From Nitrospirota bacterium (GTDB lineage: Bacteria > Nitrospirota > UBA9217), in contig CAWJQQ010000001.1 in NCBI GenBank assembly GCA_963845065.1, forward strand, positions 288,001 through 352,000: 64,000 bases of DNA, in the 5' to 3' direction. Below the pieces are notes generated by a model. The model ran no database searches, had not been told where the DNA came from, and saw nothing but the letters and a program-made list of their open reading frames with translations. The number at the start of each line of letters is the position of its first letter. The stretch's first letter is position 1. The position numbers were made by a program, and so were the translations under genes. Of this stretch, positions 51,719 to 62,364 are shown one piece after another.

Positions 51719-53101
51719 CTAGCGTTGTCTTCCCCTAGAGGCATTCCCAAATGCAGGAGCACTGCCATGGCTCACTGGGACAGAGGAAGAGTGAGCACTC
51801 TCACTGCTCTGGCGACTGGTCTGGCCACGAAGACTCTGCTCCCTAGCCTCATTAGCTCCTCGGTACCCACCAAAAGTGACCGAAGGTGTTCTTTCAGGCT
51901 GCGTGCGCTCGACACCAGGAGTGGGCTGATTGAAGCCGCTGCTAACACGTGGAGTCGGCGGTGTTGGTTGTTGGCTGACACCCAGAGTCGGCATAATCGG
52001 TCGCTCAGTGATACTGGGAATAGGGGGTGCTGGTCTTTGTCTGATACGTTGAGCTGGCGATGTCGAAAATTGGTTCACAGTACCACGACTTTCCCTGCCG
52101 CGATTGCTGTATGCATTAGTATCGCTCTGAGGACCGTACATCCCTTCCGAGGTCCCAGTCCGTATTGTAGAGCCCCCTATGACTTCAGTTGTGCGCGCAT
52201 ACCAGCCCGCATTAAGACCACTGGGGTGTGATGCCAGGTATCTTGCGGGATCGCCATGTGATGGGTCATGCCTCCATGTCTGATGTATGTCGGGCCTACT
52301 ACTGTTGATATAAACATTCGTTACGTGAACGTAGGGCCTTGCATTATTGACCCAGCCAGGGCGATTCCAGCCATGATAAATTATATTGTTGAGACCCCAT
52401 TCAAAGTCCATATCAAGCCAACCTCCGATTGCCAGACGGAAGTGAAAGGTAATGAAAGGAGGCATGCCTGGAGACCGTCTTCGGTAATACACAATCAAAG
52501 GATCATACTGAGGGACGTATATATACTCAGGTTGCGCCGGAATGATCTCGATATTCCCTTCGTCGGAAATGACACTTTGTTCATTGGTACTCATCAGATT
52601 GCCGGCGTCCCATGCCTGCTGCCTGAGTCGTTGTATAGAACTTGTTACGTCTTCTGGCTGGTTGAGAAAGGCGTCTCCCAGGTTGGCAGTCCAATCCATA
52701 TTCTCAGCCATCATTTTAAGAATGTTGGGGTAGTGGGCAATCGCCTTGACGGACTCATCCCAGGTCTGCTCATCAATACCTGACACATCCCCACCGCTGT
52801 TTAACCACGCTTCCGCATCGGCAATCTCTGTCGGATATGTCGAAGCTGGCAGCATCTGGGCCAATAGCGGGTCCGGGTAGAGAGCAATGCGCGCAAGGAG
52901 GTTATTAAGATCATCATTAGTGAATGATATTGAGTATGTCAGGTCCTGGTCATCCGCCCAGGCCTGAACAGACAGAAGCGTCGGAATGCACACAACAAAT
53001 GCAAGCAAAAATTCCTTTATGAAGTTCCTATTCACGGGCGCAGCTCCTTCCTCTATTTCTTTTGGGGTCGCTCGCACCTGTTTCTCGTCAATTTTTTTCA
53101 T
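51719..53101 (-). CDS. DUF3300 domain protein
   Basis: IALYPDPLLAQ, WDESVKA, LGDAFLNQ, YVPQYDP. Usual partner of DUF2950. Confidence 0.88.
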   Translation of the reverse strand: MKKIDEKQVRATPKEIEEGAAPVNRNFIKEFLLAFVVCIPTLLSVQAWADDQDLTYSISFTNDDLNNLLARIALYPDPLLAQMLPASTYPTEIADAEAWLNSGGDVSGIDEQTWDESVKAIAHYPNILKMMAENMDWTANLGDAFLNQPEDVTSSIQRLRQQAWDAGNLMSTNEQSVISDEGNIEIIPAQPEYIYVPQYDPLIVYYRRRSPGMPPFITFHFRLAIGGWLDMDFEWGLNNIIYHGWNRPGWVNNARPYVHVTNVYINSSRPDIHQTWRHDPSHGDPARYLASHPSGLNAGWYARTTEVIGGSTIRTGTSEGMYGPQSDTNAYSNRGRESRGTVNQFSTSPAQRIRQRPAPPIPSITERPIMPTLGVSQQPTPPTPRVSSGFNQPTPGVERTQPERTPSVTFGGYRGANEAREQSLRGQTSRQSSESAHSSSVPVSHGSAPAFGNASRGRQR

Positions 53102-53377
53102 AGCAAATAGAATTTGTTCACAAGCAGTGCAGACGTCTCATACTGGAATCAGTTTGCAATTTATACTTAATGCCAATATACATTATTTGACACGATTTGA
53201 CATGAAAAGTTGCACGGGTTTGTTCTTTTTTATTTTCATAGTATCATTTAATGTACACTAATATATTCTACATGAAATATGCACTATTCTCAAAATTAAT
53301 CCTGAATCCGGCGTGAACCATAAGAGTAAGCGTCAATATCGTCAATAAAAGTGCATCGAATTAAGTTAAATGGCCGA

Positions 53378-53414
53378 CGGAATCAAACCTAATTAAAAAT
53401 TAGGTTTGATTCCG
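53378..53414. repeat. Perfect 17-bp inverted repeat with a 3-nt loop
   Basis: CGGAATCAAACCTAATT-aaa-AATTAGGTTTGATTCCG between divergent genes. Confidence 0.85.
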
Positions 53415-53663
53415 AAATCATTTTATCAGCAAATTTTAAATTTGACGCAGTTTGAATCGACATTTCAGTTCAATCAATACCTCGGATTCAGGTTAATATT
53501 TGTGCTGGCTACAGGAAGAAGGGTGCACCACAGCTCTCTCTTCTTTTTTCTCTTATTTGTGGAGGCTCTATCAGGTTGAGATTTGGAATAAGCCGGGCCA
53601 ACACGGAAAGGGGGGAAGTATAGATGTATAATATATAAGAGAAGAAAGGCATCATGAAACGTC

Positions 53664-54929
53664 ATGAAGTGGGTTGAAAGTTGGTATATTTCGTATGCAT
53701 TTCTCGGGCTTTCCGCAGCTGGGCTGATCCCTATCTTGCTGCCCCTCCTCGTGGGACGCACAAGCGGGGCCAAAGATATAGGTTTGGTTATGGCAGCATT
53801 CAGTCTGGGAGGACTCACGGCGCCGTTGTGGGGATGGTTTGCCGACCGGTATCGATTGCATCGGTGGCTCCTTGTTGGTGGCCTTCTCGCGACAGCACTT
53901 GGAGCAACCGTATTCCCATTCACTTTGTACCTTTCCCACCGAGTCGACGTGGCGTTCCTCTCAGGTATCGGTTTGGCCGCAGCTTCCACGGTTGCGAACC
54001 TTTTTATTGTCGAGGTCTATCCGGAGTCGGAGTGGGACGCGCGCATCGGCTGGCTCCAGACCTTTTACGGCTGTGGTCAGGTAATCGGATTGGTGCTCGC
54101 AGGGTTGATCGGTCAGAGCAGGCCTGAATTCGGTCTTTGGCTGGCCGGAGGAATATCCGTTGCTGCCGTTTTTCCTGCATTGCTCGGAACGCAGCCAGAA
54201 TCAGCAGTCATTGCGCTGAGCAGGCCAGTTCTTTCGCATCCTGCACACCATGCAGAGTGGCCTGCCAGCTCACCCCAGCACCTTTACCACTATTTGAGCA
54301 TGCAGGGCGTGAAGACGTTCTTCGCTCCTTTCAGGACGTCCTTCGGTCTTTTCCTGATGGCCTGGCTAATGAGTTTTTCAGGAAGCGCAGCATTCTTTTC
54401 ATTCTATCCCGTTTTGATGCAAAAGGTGTATGGAGTTCTGCCAGGGGTATCGTCAACAGGATATGCCCTGGCCGCGGGCCTGGGACTCATCCTGTATGCG
54501 CCGGCCGGAAAGTGGTCTATATGGAGAGGGCCGTTACCGATACTTCGAGACGCACTACTCCTGCGTATTGCCGCCTTTCTTGTGTTAACCATACTTGCAG
54601 TAGTATCGTTTCCCGGACGCGGCTGGTTCGCCATGCTGTTCTTTCTCTTTGCCGTTCTTGCATGGTCTTTGCTCAGTGTGAGCAGCACAGCATTGGTTGC
54701 CGGTCTGTCTCCAAAAAACGAGGGAGAAGGGATGGGCATCTTTAACGCTGTGACCGCGCTGTCCGGCGTTATTGGGGCTGTCCTGGGAGGATGGGTAGCA
54801 AATTTGTGGGGTTATGCCGCAATTCCGAGTATGGGAATAATTGGAGTCGGTGCTGGTTTCATCGTCCTCATTATTACACGGTTTAATTCCCAACCGGGAA
54901 TTCAGGAAGGCAAGGAGGTTCATCAATGA
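53664..54929 (+). CDS. MFS transporter
   Basis: About 12 TMs. WGWFADRY motif A, EGEGMGIFNA. Confidence 0.88.
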   Translation: MKWVESWYISYAFLGLSAAGLIPILLPLLVGRTSGAKDIGLVMAAFSLGGLTAPLWGWFADRYRLHRWLLVGGLLATALGATVFPFTLYLSHRVDVAFLSGIGLAAASTVANLFIVEVYPESEWDARIGWLQTFYGCGQVIGLVLAGLIGQSRPEFGLWLAGGISVAAVFPALLGTQPESAVIALSRPVLSHPAHHAEWPASSPQHLYHYLSMQGVKTFFAPFRTSFGLFLMAWLMSFSGSAAFFSFYPVLMQKVYGVLPGVSSTGYALAAGLGLILYAPAGKWSIWRGPLPILRDALLLRIAAFLVLTILAVVSFPGRGWFAMLFFLFAVLAWSLLSVSSTALVAGLSPKNEGEGMGIFNAVTALSGVIGAVLGGWVANLWGYAAIPSMGIIGVGAGFIVLIITRFNSQPGIQEGKEVHQ

Positions 54930-56044
54930 AAGCAGTTGCTCTCACACCCGGTACGCCTGCGATCAGGTTGATCGATCTTCCTGAACTGGTCCTCACCTCC
55001 CCCGATGATGTGAAGATACGCATTCTACGCGTAGGCATCTGCGGAACGGACCGTGAAGAAGCATCAGGGGGACGGGCCTTGGCACCGCCAGGTAAAAAAG
55101 AGCTTGTGATTGGACACGAAATGTTTGGACAGGTTGTAGAGACGGGGAAATCTGTTACCCGGGTGAAACCGGGAGATTTTGCCGTGTTCACGGTTCGTCG
55201 CGGATGCGGCGAATGCATGCCTTGCACGATGAACCGCTCTGACATGTGTCTCACGGGAAGATACCGCGAGCGGGGCATCTGGGGCATGGATGGGTACCAG
55301 ACCGAATATGCATTGGACAAGGAGCAGTATGTTGTCCGTGTTCCCGATGAGCTGGAAGCAATAGGGGTGCTAACAGAACCGCTCTCCGTAGCCGAGAAGG
55401 CCATTGACGAGTCGATTCGCCTACAGTCCGCTCGCCTGCCGGAAGCTGCGGCCACGCCCCATTGGCTGTATGGGCGACACTGCCTGGTGGCAGGCCTCGG
55501 GCCAATCGGCCTTCTTGCAACCCTTGCCTTACGCCTCCGTGGCGCAGAGGTTTTCGGGCTCGATGTCGTGGATGCAGCCAGTGCCCGCCCACAGTGGCTT
55601 AATCATATTGGTGGGAAGTATGTGGATGGGAGGCGCATACCCGCTGACAAAGTCGAGCATGAATTGGGACAGATGGACCTAATCCTGGAAGCTACCGGCG
55701 TGGCATCGCTGGAGTTTAACCTCCTCGATGCACTCGGGAAGAACGGCGTCTACGTGCTCACCGGAATCCCGGGTGGAGACCGCCCACTCCAGCTTGACGG
55801 TGCAGACATGATCCGGAGACTCGTGCTCGGAAATCAGATCATGGTAGGAAGTGTTAATGCATCCCGCGATCACTTTCAGATGGCTGTTGACGATCTTCTT
55901 CACGCCCAGCTTACTTGGGGAGATCACGTGGCTCGCCTCATTTCACATCATTGTCCTTATATGGATTACCAAAATGCTTTAATGCACCATGAGGCTGATG
56001 AGATCAAGGTAGTACTGGAATGGAGCCCAGGAAGAGGAGCGTGA
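54926..56044 (+). CDS. Zn-dependent (MDR) glucose 1-dehydrogenase
   Basis: GICGTDRE, IGHE, VRRGCGECMPC...C, YRERGI, GLGPIG, GSVNA. Confidence 0.85.
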   Translation: MKAVALTPGTPAIRLIDLPELVLTSPDDVKIRILRVGICGTDREEASGGRALAPPGKKELVIGHEMFGQVVETGKSVTRVKPGDFAVFTVRRGCGECMPCTMNRSDMCLTGRYRERGIWGMDGYQTEYALDKEQYVVRVPDELEAIGVLTEPLSVAEKAIDESIRLQSARLPEAAATPHWLYGRHCLVAGLGPIGLLATLALRLRGAEVFGLDVVDAASARPQWLNHIGGKYVDGRRIPADKVEHELGQMDLILEATGVASLEFNLLDALGKNGVYVLTGIPGGDRPLQLDGADMIRRLVLGNQIMVGSVNASRDHFQMAVDDLLHAQLTWGDHVARLISHHCPYMDYQNALMHHEADEIKVVLEWSPGRGA

Positions 56045-56047
56045 ACG

Positions 56048-58456
56048 ATGGATGGACAAAATAACTATGTGCCTGGATGGCCGGGAATTCCCGCAAGGTG
56101 GACATCGAGCGCGAAGAGCGGGGTCGGCACATCTCTCAGCCACGCAAGCCGAGTCTGGTTCACCGTGAGCCATGGTATTCTGAATGAGATCTACTATCCC
56201 CGGGTTGACCAGGCGTGTACGCGCGATCTGGGCATCATCATTACCGATGGCCAGGGTTTTTTCTCCGAAGAAAAACGGCATACCTCATCCCTAGTGACTT
56301 ATTTAGCAGAGGGCGTTCCCGCCTATCATCTGACAAACACCTGCAGGGAAGGACGCTACCGTATTGATAAGGAAATCATCACTGATCCCTGGCGGGACGT
56401 TGTATTGCAGCAGACCCGTTTCACTGCTCTTCAGGGGACTGTAAAGAATTATCATTGTTACGTATTGCTGGCGCCGCACCTCGGCAATCACGGCGCCGGC
56501 AACACCGCATGGGTTGGAGATTATAAGGGCGTGCCCATGTTCTTTGCAGAACGGGACGGCAATGCCCTGGCGCTGGCCTGCTCATCACCCTGGCTCAGGC
56601 GTTCCGTCGGATTTGTCGGCACTTCCGACGGCTGGCAAGATATCAAGCATCATAAGATTATGACCTGGGAGTACACGCGTGCAGAGAACGGCAACGTGAG
56701 CGTAACCGGCGAGATCGACCTTGCAGCAAGCAATGGTATGTTTCTGCTTGCCGTGGGGTTTGGTAGCAATGCTGTCGAGGCAGGAATCCGTGCTTTGGCA
56801 AGTCTCTATAATGGGTTCGAGTCAGCAAAGACGACCTATGTCCAGGAGTGGCAGGCGTGGCAGCGGACTCTGTCGATCATGGACGAAGGAAAGAGCAATG
56901 CCCTTAACCTGTTTCGCGTGAGCACAGCGGTACTTCGGACCCATGAAGCCAAAAACTTCTCCGGAGGACTGATCGCAAGCCTGTCCATTCCTTGGGGTTT
57001 TTCCAAAGGCGACAACGATCTCGGCGGATACCATCTTGCGTGGCCTCGGGACCTGGTTGAATCGGCTGGCGGCCTTTTGGCGGCGGGTGCGCGGAAAGAT
57101 GTTCTTCGCGTGCTTAGCTATCTTCAGGTCACGCAGGAAGCGGATGGATACTGGCCGCAGAACATGTGGCTCAATGGCATGCCGTACTGGAGCGGCGTCC
57201 AGATGGACGAGACCGCTTTCCCTATTCTGCTTGTTGATCTGGCCCGGAGAGAGATGGCGCTGAGCAATGGCGATCTGGTCAAGTTCTGGCCTATGGTGCG
57301 AAGAGCGGCAAGTTTTCTTGTGCGGAACGGTCCGGTGACACAGCAGGATCGCTGGGAGGAGGATGCAGGCTATTCGCCTTTCACGCTCGCAGTTGAGATT
57401 GCAGCTCTTCTTGTCGCTGCGGATCTTGCCGAGACGAATAATGAGCCCGGGGTAGCCGCATACCTCCGCGAAACCGCTGACACCTGGAATGCAAACGTCG
57501 AACGGTGGGTATATGTAACCGAAACTGAACTGGCAAAGCGCATGGGAGTTGAAGGCTACTACGTACGTATCGCTCCGCCGGAAAAAGCTGACGCAGCCTC
57601 CCCGGAAGCAGGATTTGTGCCGATCAAGAATCGGCCAGCTGGTCAGAGCTCCGAACCCGCCGTTCATATTATAAGTCCCGATACCCTGGCCCTCGTTCGA
57701 TTCGGCTTGCGTGCACCCGGTGACCCGCGCGTCGTCAATACTGTGAAGGTCATAGATGCCCTCTTAAAAGTGGAAACACCCTATGGTCTAGCCTGGCACC
57801 GTTACAATGACGACGGCTACGGTGAACATGTCGATGGTTCTCCATTTGACGGTACAGGCATTGGGAGGGGCTGGCCCTTGCTTACGGGAGAGCGCGCCCA
57901 TTATGAGCTCGCGGCTGGACGCCGGGACCAGGCGGAGAGGTATCTCCATTCTCTTGAAGCATTTGCCAACGAAGGAGGAATGCTATCCGAGCAGATATGG
58001 GATGCCCCTGACATCCCCGAAAAGGAACTCTTCTTCGGCAGACCATCGGGCTCGGCTATGCCGCTGGTGTGGGCCCATGCGGAATATGTGAAATTGAGAC
58101 GGTCCTTGCACGACGGGCATGTGTTCGATACGCCGCCACAGACTGTCCAGCGTTACCAGGTAGAAAAAAGAGGCTCCCTTCTCGACCTCTGGCGTTACAA
58201 CCACAAGATTCTTACCGTGAAATCGGGCAGGACATTACGCATAGAGGTGCTGCAGCCGGCCGAGATCCACTGGAGTATAGACTACTGGCGTACGACGCAG
58301 GATCAGCGGACTCGCGATACTGGGCTGGGAGTTCACGTGGCAGACCTATCAACGAAAAATCTTTCTGATGGGGCCATGATCTTATTCACGATCTACTGGC
58401 CTGATCAGAATAGATGGGAAGGCGTTAACTATGACGTTGGCATTTCAAAAACCTGA
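56048..58456 (+). CDS. Glucoamylase/glucodextranase (GH15)
   Basis: WTSSAKSGVGT, GYHLAWPRD, QMDETAFP, QDRWEE, RYNDDGYGE, GMLSEQIWD, PLVWAHAEY. Confidence 0.9.
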   Translation: MDGQNNYVPGWPGIPARWTSSAKSGVGTSLSHASRVWFTVSHGILNEIYYPRVDQACTRDLGIIITDGQGFFSEEKRHTSSLVTYLAEGVPAYHLTNTCREGRYRIDKEIITDPWRDVVLQQTRFTALQGTVKNYHCYVLLAPHLGNHGAGNTAWVGDYKGVPMFFAERDGNALALACSSPWLRRSVGFVGTSDGWQDIKHHKIMTWEYTRAENGNVSVTGEIDLAASNGMFLLAVGFGSNAVEAGIRALASLYNGFESAKTTYVQEWQAWQRTLSIMDEGKSNALNLFRVSTAVLRTHEAKNFSGGLIASLSIPWGFSKGDNDLGGYHLAWPRDLVESAGGLLAAGARKDVLRVLSYLQVTQEADGYWPQNMWLNGMPYWSGVQMDETAFPILLVDLARREMALSNGDLVKFWPMVRRAASFLVRNGPVTQQDRWEEDAGYSPFTLAVEIAALLVAADLAETNNEPGVAAYLRETADTWNANVERWVYVTETELAKRMGVEGYYVRIAPPEKADAASPEAGFVPIKNRPAGQSSEPAVHIISPDTLALVRFGLRAPGDPRVVNTVKVIDALLKVETPYGLAWHRYNDDGYGEHVDGSPFDGTGIGRGWPLLTGERAHYELAAGRRDQAERYLHSLEAFANEGGMLSEQIWDAPDIPEKELFFGRPSGSAMPLVWAHAEYVKLRRSLHDGHVFDTPPQTVQRYQVEKRGSLLDLWRYNHKILTVKSGRTLRIEVLQPAEIHWSIDYWRTTQDQRTRDTGLGVHVADLSTKNLSDGAMILFTIYWPDQNRWEGVNYDVGISKT

Positions 58457-58585
58457 CAGGATTATTTTTTTTCGATCAGATATCAGTGTAGAATTTTAAA
58501 TAAAAAATAACGATTCACGAATTCAAAAATTTTGATATATATATGATGTTAAATAATTGCATACTCGCATAAGAAAGAGGACACA

Positions 58586-60976
58586 ATGGCCTTTGTTCTG
58601 TTGCTTGCACTATTCTGGTTATTGGCTTATTTCCGGGTTAAGCTCTGGGCCTGGACCATTGTGGCGGCGGGGTTCCTGGGATATTGGACCGCTGCAGGCG
58701 GTGGAAGTGCGGCTGTCTGGTTGATCTTCGTACTAGTAGCGGCACTCCTGAATGTCGTACCACTCCGCCGTATGCTCTTGAGCAGACCGCTATACGGCCT
58801 ATTTCGAAAAGTTCTACCTCCCATGTCCCAGACGGAGCGGGAAGCGCTCGAGGCTGGCACCGTCTGGTGGGATGGAGAACTTTTCAGTGGCCGGCCAAAC
58901 TGGCAAAAACTTCTGGCCGAACCGGCGCCTGCACTGACTTCAGAGGAGCAGGCATTCCTCGATGGACCGGTGGAAGAGCTTTGCATGATGCTCGACGACT
59001 GGAAGATATACAAAGAACTCCGCGACCTGCCGCCGGAAGTGTGGCAGTTCATCAAGGATAAAGGCTTTTTCGGCATGATCATCCCGAAGGTATACGGCGG
59101 GCTGCAGTTCTCGGCCTTGGCCCATTCGCAGGTGATCATGAAGATCTCCAGCCGCAGCATCACTGCCGGAGTGACCGTGATGGTCCCCAACTCCCTCGGC
59201 CCCGCCGAACTACTGCTGCACTATGGCACGCAACAGCAAAAGGATTATTATCTGCCGCGGCTAGCCAAGGGTAAAGAAGTCCCTTGCTTCGCCTTGACCG
59301 GACCAGAGGCGGGAAGCGATGCAGCGTCCGTTCCCGATACCGGCATCGTCTGCCGGGGGATGTTCGAGGGGAAAGAGATACTCGGCATTCGCCTCACCTG
59401 GGAAAAACGCTACACTACCCTCGGGCCGGTTGCGACCATTATCGGTCTGGCATTCAGGCTCCTTGACCCTGACCACCTCATCGGCGATAAGGAAGACATC
59501 GGCATCACCTGCGCTCTGGTCCCCACAAAACTTCCCGGCATCACCATCGGCACTCGTCACGATCCCCTCGAAATTCCGTTCCAGAACGGTCCGTCGTGGG
59601 GCAAAGATGTATTCATTCCAATTGATTTTATAATCGGCGGCGCTGCCAGGGCCGGCCAGGGATGGCGAATGCTCATGGAGACACTCGCTGTCGGGCGGGG
59701 CATCTCTCTGCCTGCCCTCAGCACCTGTGCCGGCAAACTGACTTCCCGCACCATCGGTGCTTACGCACGGATTCGTCGGCAATTCAAGCTCCCAATCGGC
59801 CGCTTTGAGGGGATCGAAGAGCTGCTGGCTAGGATCGGGGGCACCACTTATCAGATGGATGCGGCCCGAATCATGACCTGCGGCGCCATCGACCAAGGCA
59901 GGAAACCGGCGGTAATCACCGCTATCGTCAAATACCATCTGACCGAGCGGATGCGCAGAGTGGTCAATGACGGCATGGATGTCCAGGGAGGCGGGGGCAT
60001 CAGCCTCGGCCCTCGTAATTTTCTCGGCCGGAGCTATCAGTCGGTGCCGATCGGGATTACGGTGGAAGGATCCAATGTCTTGACCCGTTCAATGATCATA
60101 TTCGGCCAGGGCGCCATTCGCTGCCATCCCTATATTCAGCAAGAAGTGCGAGCGGCTGCTGATCCAGACCAGCGGCAGGGGTTGGCGCTCTTCGACCGGG
60201 CATTGTTCGGTCACATCAGTTTCATCATCAGCAATGTGGCTCGAACTCTTTTCCTGGGTATGACCGATGGCTGGCTCGTCAAAGCACCAGGCGGGCTAAC
60301 CCGCCGGTATTTCCAGAAAGCTTCCCGCTTGAGCGCAGCCTTTGCCCTGTTTGCTGATGCAGCGCTGATACTTTTGGGCGGGAATTTGAAGCGTAAGGAG
60401 AAGCTCTCAGGCCGTTTGGCGGACATTCTCAGTAATCTCTATTTACTATCTGCGGTGCTCAAATTGTATGAGGACCGGCAGCGACCGCAGGACGAGTTGC
60501 CACTTCTCAAATGGGCCTGTGAAGAGAGCCTTGTCTCCATCCAGGAGAGTTTTGCTGGCCTGCTGCGTAACTTTCCGAATCGCCCTGCAGCCTGGCTTCT
60601 CAGGCTGATCATTTTTCCACTCGGCCGACCCTTTACAAGACCTGGTGATCGACTCGGTCACGAAGTTGCTGGCATCCTCCTTGAACCGTCATCAGCAAGG
60701 GATCGTTTGACCTCCGGTCTGTTTCTCCCTACGAGTTTGACAGAGCCACTGGGCCGACTCGAAGACGCGCTGCAAAAAGTCATTGCTGCGGAGCCCGTTG
60801 AGAAAAAACTACGGGATGCTGTACGGGTCGGCAAACTTAAGGAGCAACCCGAGGTTCAGCTCCTTGAAGAGGGGGCTAGGGCAGGGGTGGTAAGTGGAGC
60901 CGAGGCGGGGATTTTACGTCTGGCGTTGGCTGCCCACGCTGAGGTGATCCGAGTAGATGATTTCCCAAAATTATAA
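58586..60976 (+). CDS. fadE: Acyl-CoA dehydrogenase FadE
   Basis: MSQTEREALEAGTVWW, VMVPNSLGPAELL, FALTGPEAGSDA, ITVEGSN, VIRVDDF. Confidence 0.92.
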   Translation: MAFVLLLALFWLLAYFRVKLWAWTIVAAGFLGYWTAAGGGSAAVWLIFVLVAALLNVVPLRRMLLSRPLYGLFRKVLPPMSQTEREALEAGTVWWDGELFSGRPNWQKLLAEPAPALTSEEQAFLDGPVEELCMMLDDWKIYKELRDLPPEVWQFIKDKGFFGMIIPKVYGGLQFSALAHSQVIMKISSRSITAGVTVMVPNSLGPAELLLHYGTQQQKDYYLPRLAKGKEVPCFALTGPEAGSDAASVPDTGIVCRGMFEGKEILGIRLTWEKRYTTLGPVATIIGLAFRLLDPDHLIGDKEDIGITCALVPTKLPGITIGTRHDPLEIPFQNGPSWGKDVFIPIDFIIGGAARAGQGWRMLMETLAVGRGISLPALSTCAGKLTSRTIGAYARIRRQFKLPIGRFEGIEELLARIGGTTYQMDAARIMTCGAIDQGRKPAVITAIVKYHLTERMRRVVNDGMDVQGGGGISLGPRNFLGRSYQSVPIGITVEGSNVLTRSMIIFGQGAIRCHPYIQQEVRAAADPDQRQGLALFDRALFGHISFIISNVARTLFLGMTDGWLVKAPGGLTRRYFQKASRLSAAFALFADAALILLGGNLKRKEKLSGRLADILSNLYLLSAVLKLYEDRQRPQDELPLLKWACEESLVSIQESFAGLLRNFPNRPAAWLLRLIIFPLGRPFTRPGDRLGHEVAGILLEPSSARDRLTSGLFLPTSLTEPLGRLEDALQKVIAAEPVEKKLRDAVRVGKLKEQPEVQLLEEGARAGVVSGAEAGILRLALAAHAEVIRVDDFPKL

Positions 60977-60989
60977 GAAAACAGAACCA

Positions 60990-61157
60990 TATGTAGATAC
61001 TCGGCACGGTGCCCATCATATTGCCCAGATCGACCAAGTCAACATCAAGGACTTTTCATCTGAAGCGAAGACCTGGGATGATATGAAAAAACATATCTAT
61101 ATGATCGCCGATGCTCTGGCGGGCGGCATTGTGAAGCAATTTCCAAACAAATTCTGA
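60990..61157 (+). pseudogene. 3' fragment of a conserved hypothetical gene
   Basis: HGAHHIAQI...HIYMIADALAGGIVKQFPNKF with no start. Confidence 0.55.
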
Positions 61158-61701
61158 TGTGGTCACCATCCATTATTTATGTTAAACGAATCAAGGAGGG
61201 AGATCAGTAAATAAATACGCTGTTTCTCCCTTCTTACGTTATCACGCGAGCAAGTGCTACATCCTGGATTCATAGAGTTTCTGTTCTTTACAATAATGTA
61301 ATTCTTAACCAGTACTCAACGTCTTAAAATACCTGCCTATAGATTACTTAGTCGACGCTATCGTCCGCGGCTATTTGAACAGACTCGTCTGGTCTACCTT
61401 GACAACTCCTTTCCTAGTGTTATAATTTTGCGCATTACGCCTTTTGCATCAATTCTTTTTACATAACCCACAAGGGCCTTTGGCGTGAGCGGCCTATTAC
61501 ATCATGCGGTACGGCTTTTTTCTAATTTGGGCTAAGTAGTATCGAAAATGCCCTTACCTTCTTGTCCTTTTCAGAGTTGCGTCTGCAAGGAACCTGAAGC
61601 GTTAATGTCAAATGTTTGCTTCCTCAAATTGTCAAAAAGTAACGAATATAAACCTTCCCCTAAGTCTTGACAAACGATATCAATATTGATACTATAACAA
61701 T

Positions 61702-61965
61702 ATGTCTCCGGTGGCAGACCTTCTTGAAAAAATGCGAAATAATCCTGTCGGAATCCGTTTTACAGACCTCTGCAAGATTTGCGATCATTATTTTGGACAG
61801 CCAAGGCAGGCTGGAGGAAGCCATCGAGTCTACAAAACAACATGGACTGGCGATCCGCGAGTAAATATTCAAAACAACAAGGGATATGCAAAAGTATATC
61901 AGGTCAAACAGATTCTTAAGGCAATAGACCGACTGGAGACCGAAGAACATGGCACAAAAAAATAA
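61702..61965 (+). CDS. hicA: HicA-like toxin
   Basis: NNP..IRF.DL, GSHRVYK, AKVYQVKQ. TTGACA-17-TACTAT promoter with a palindrome upstream. Confidence 0.85.
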   Translation: MSPVADLLEKMRNNPVGIRFTDLCKICDHYFGQPRQAGGSHRVYKTTWTGDPRVNIQNNKGYAKVYQVKQILKAIDRLETEEHGTKK

Positions 61966-62278
61966 CAAATATACTTATCGAGTCACATGGTCGGAAGATG
62001 ACTCCGAATACGTTGGACTTTGCGCCGAATTTCCAAGCCTGAGCTGGCTGGCGCGTACGCCTGAGGCAGCACTAAAAGGCATCCGTAATGTTGTGAGCAA
62101 GGTTGTTGCGGATATGATTCATAATGGAGAATCTATTCCTGAGCCATTAGCTACAAAGCATTTTAGTGGCAAGTTCATGGTACGCGTGCCACCTGACGTA
62201 CATCGAGAACTGACGATAAAAGCGGCGGAGGCAGGTGTTAGTCTTAATAGATTGGCAAGCGCAAAGCTTAGCCGATAG
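61949..62278 (+). CDS. hicB: HicB-like antitoxin
   Basis: YRVTWSEDD.EYVG, FSGKFMVRVPP..HR.L...A...GVSLN. Confidence 0.88.
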   Translation: MAQKNNKYTYRVTWSEDDSEYVGLCAEFPSLSWLARTPEAALKGIRNVVSKVVADMIHNGESIPEPLATKHFSGKFMVRVPPDVHRELTIKAAEAGVSLNRLASAKLSR

Positions 62279-62364
62279 CCCTGGGTGGAGACGCTCACTA
62301 ATTTGTTGACTCGCCGCTCCTCCGTCCCGTTGGACTATAAGATTATCGCAAAGGGGTGAATCGA

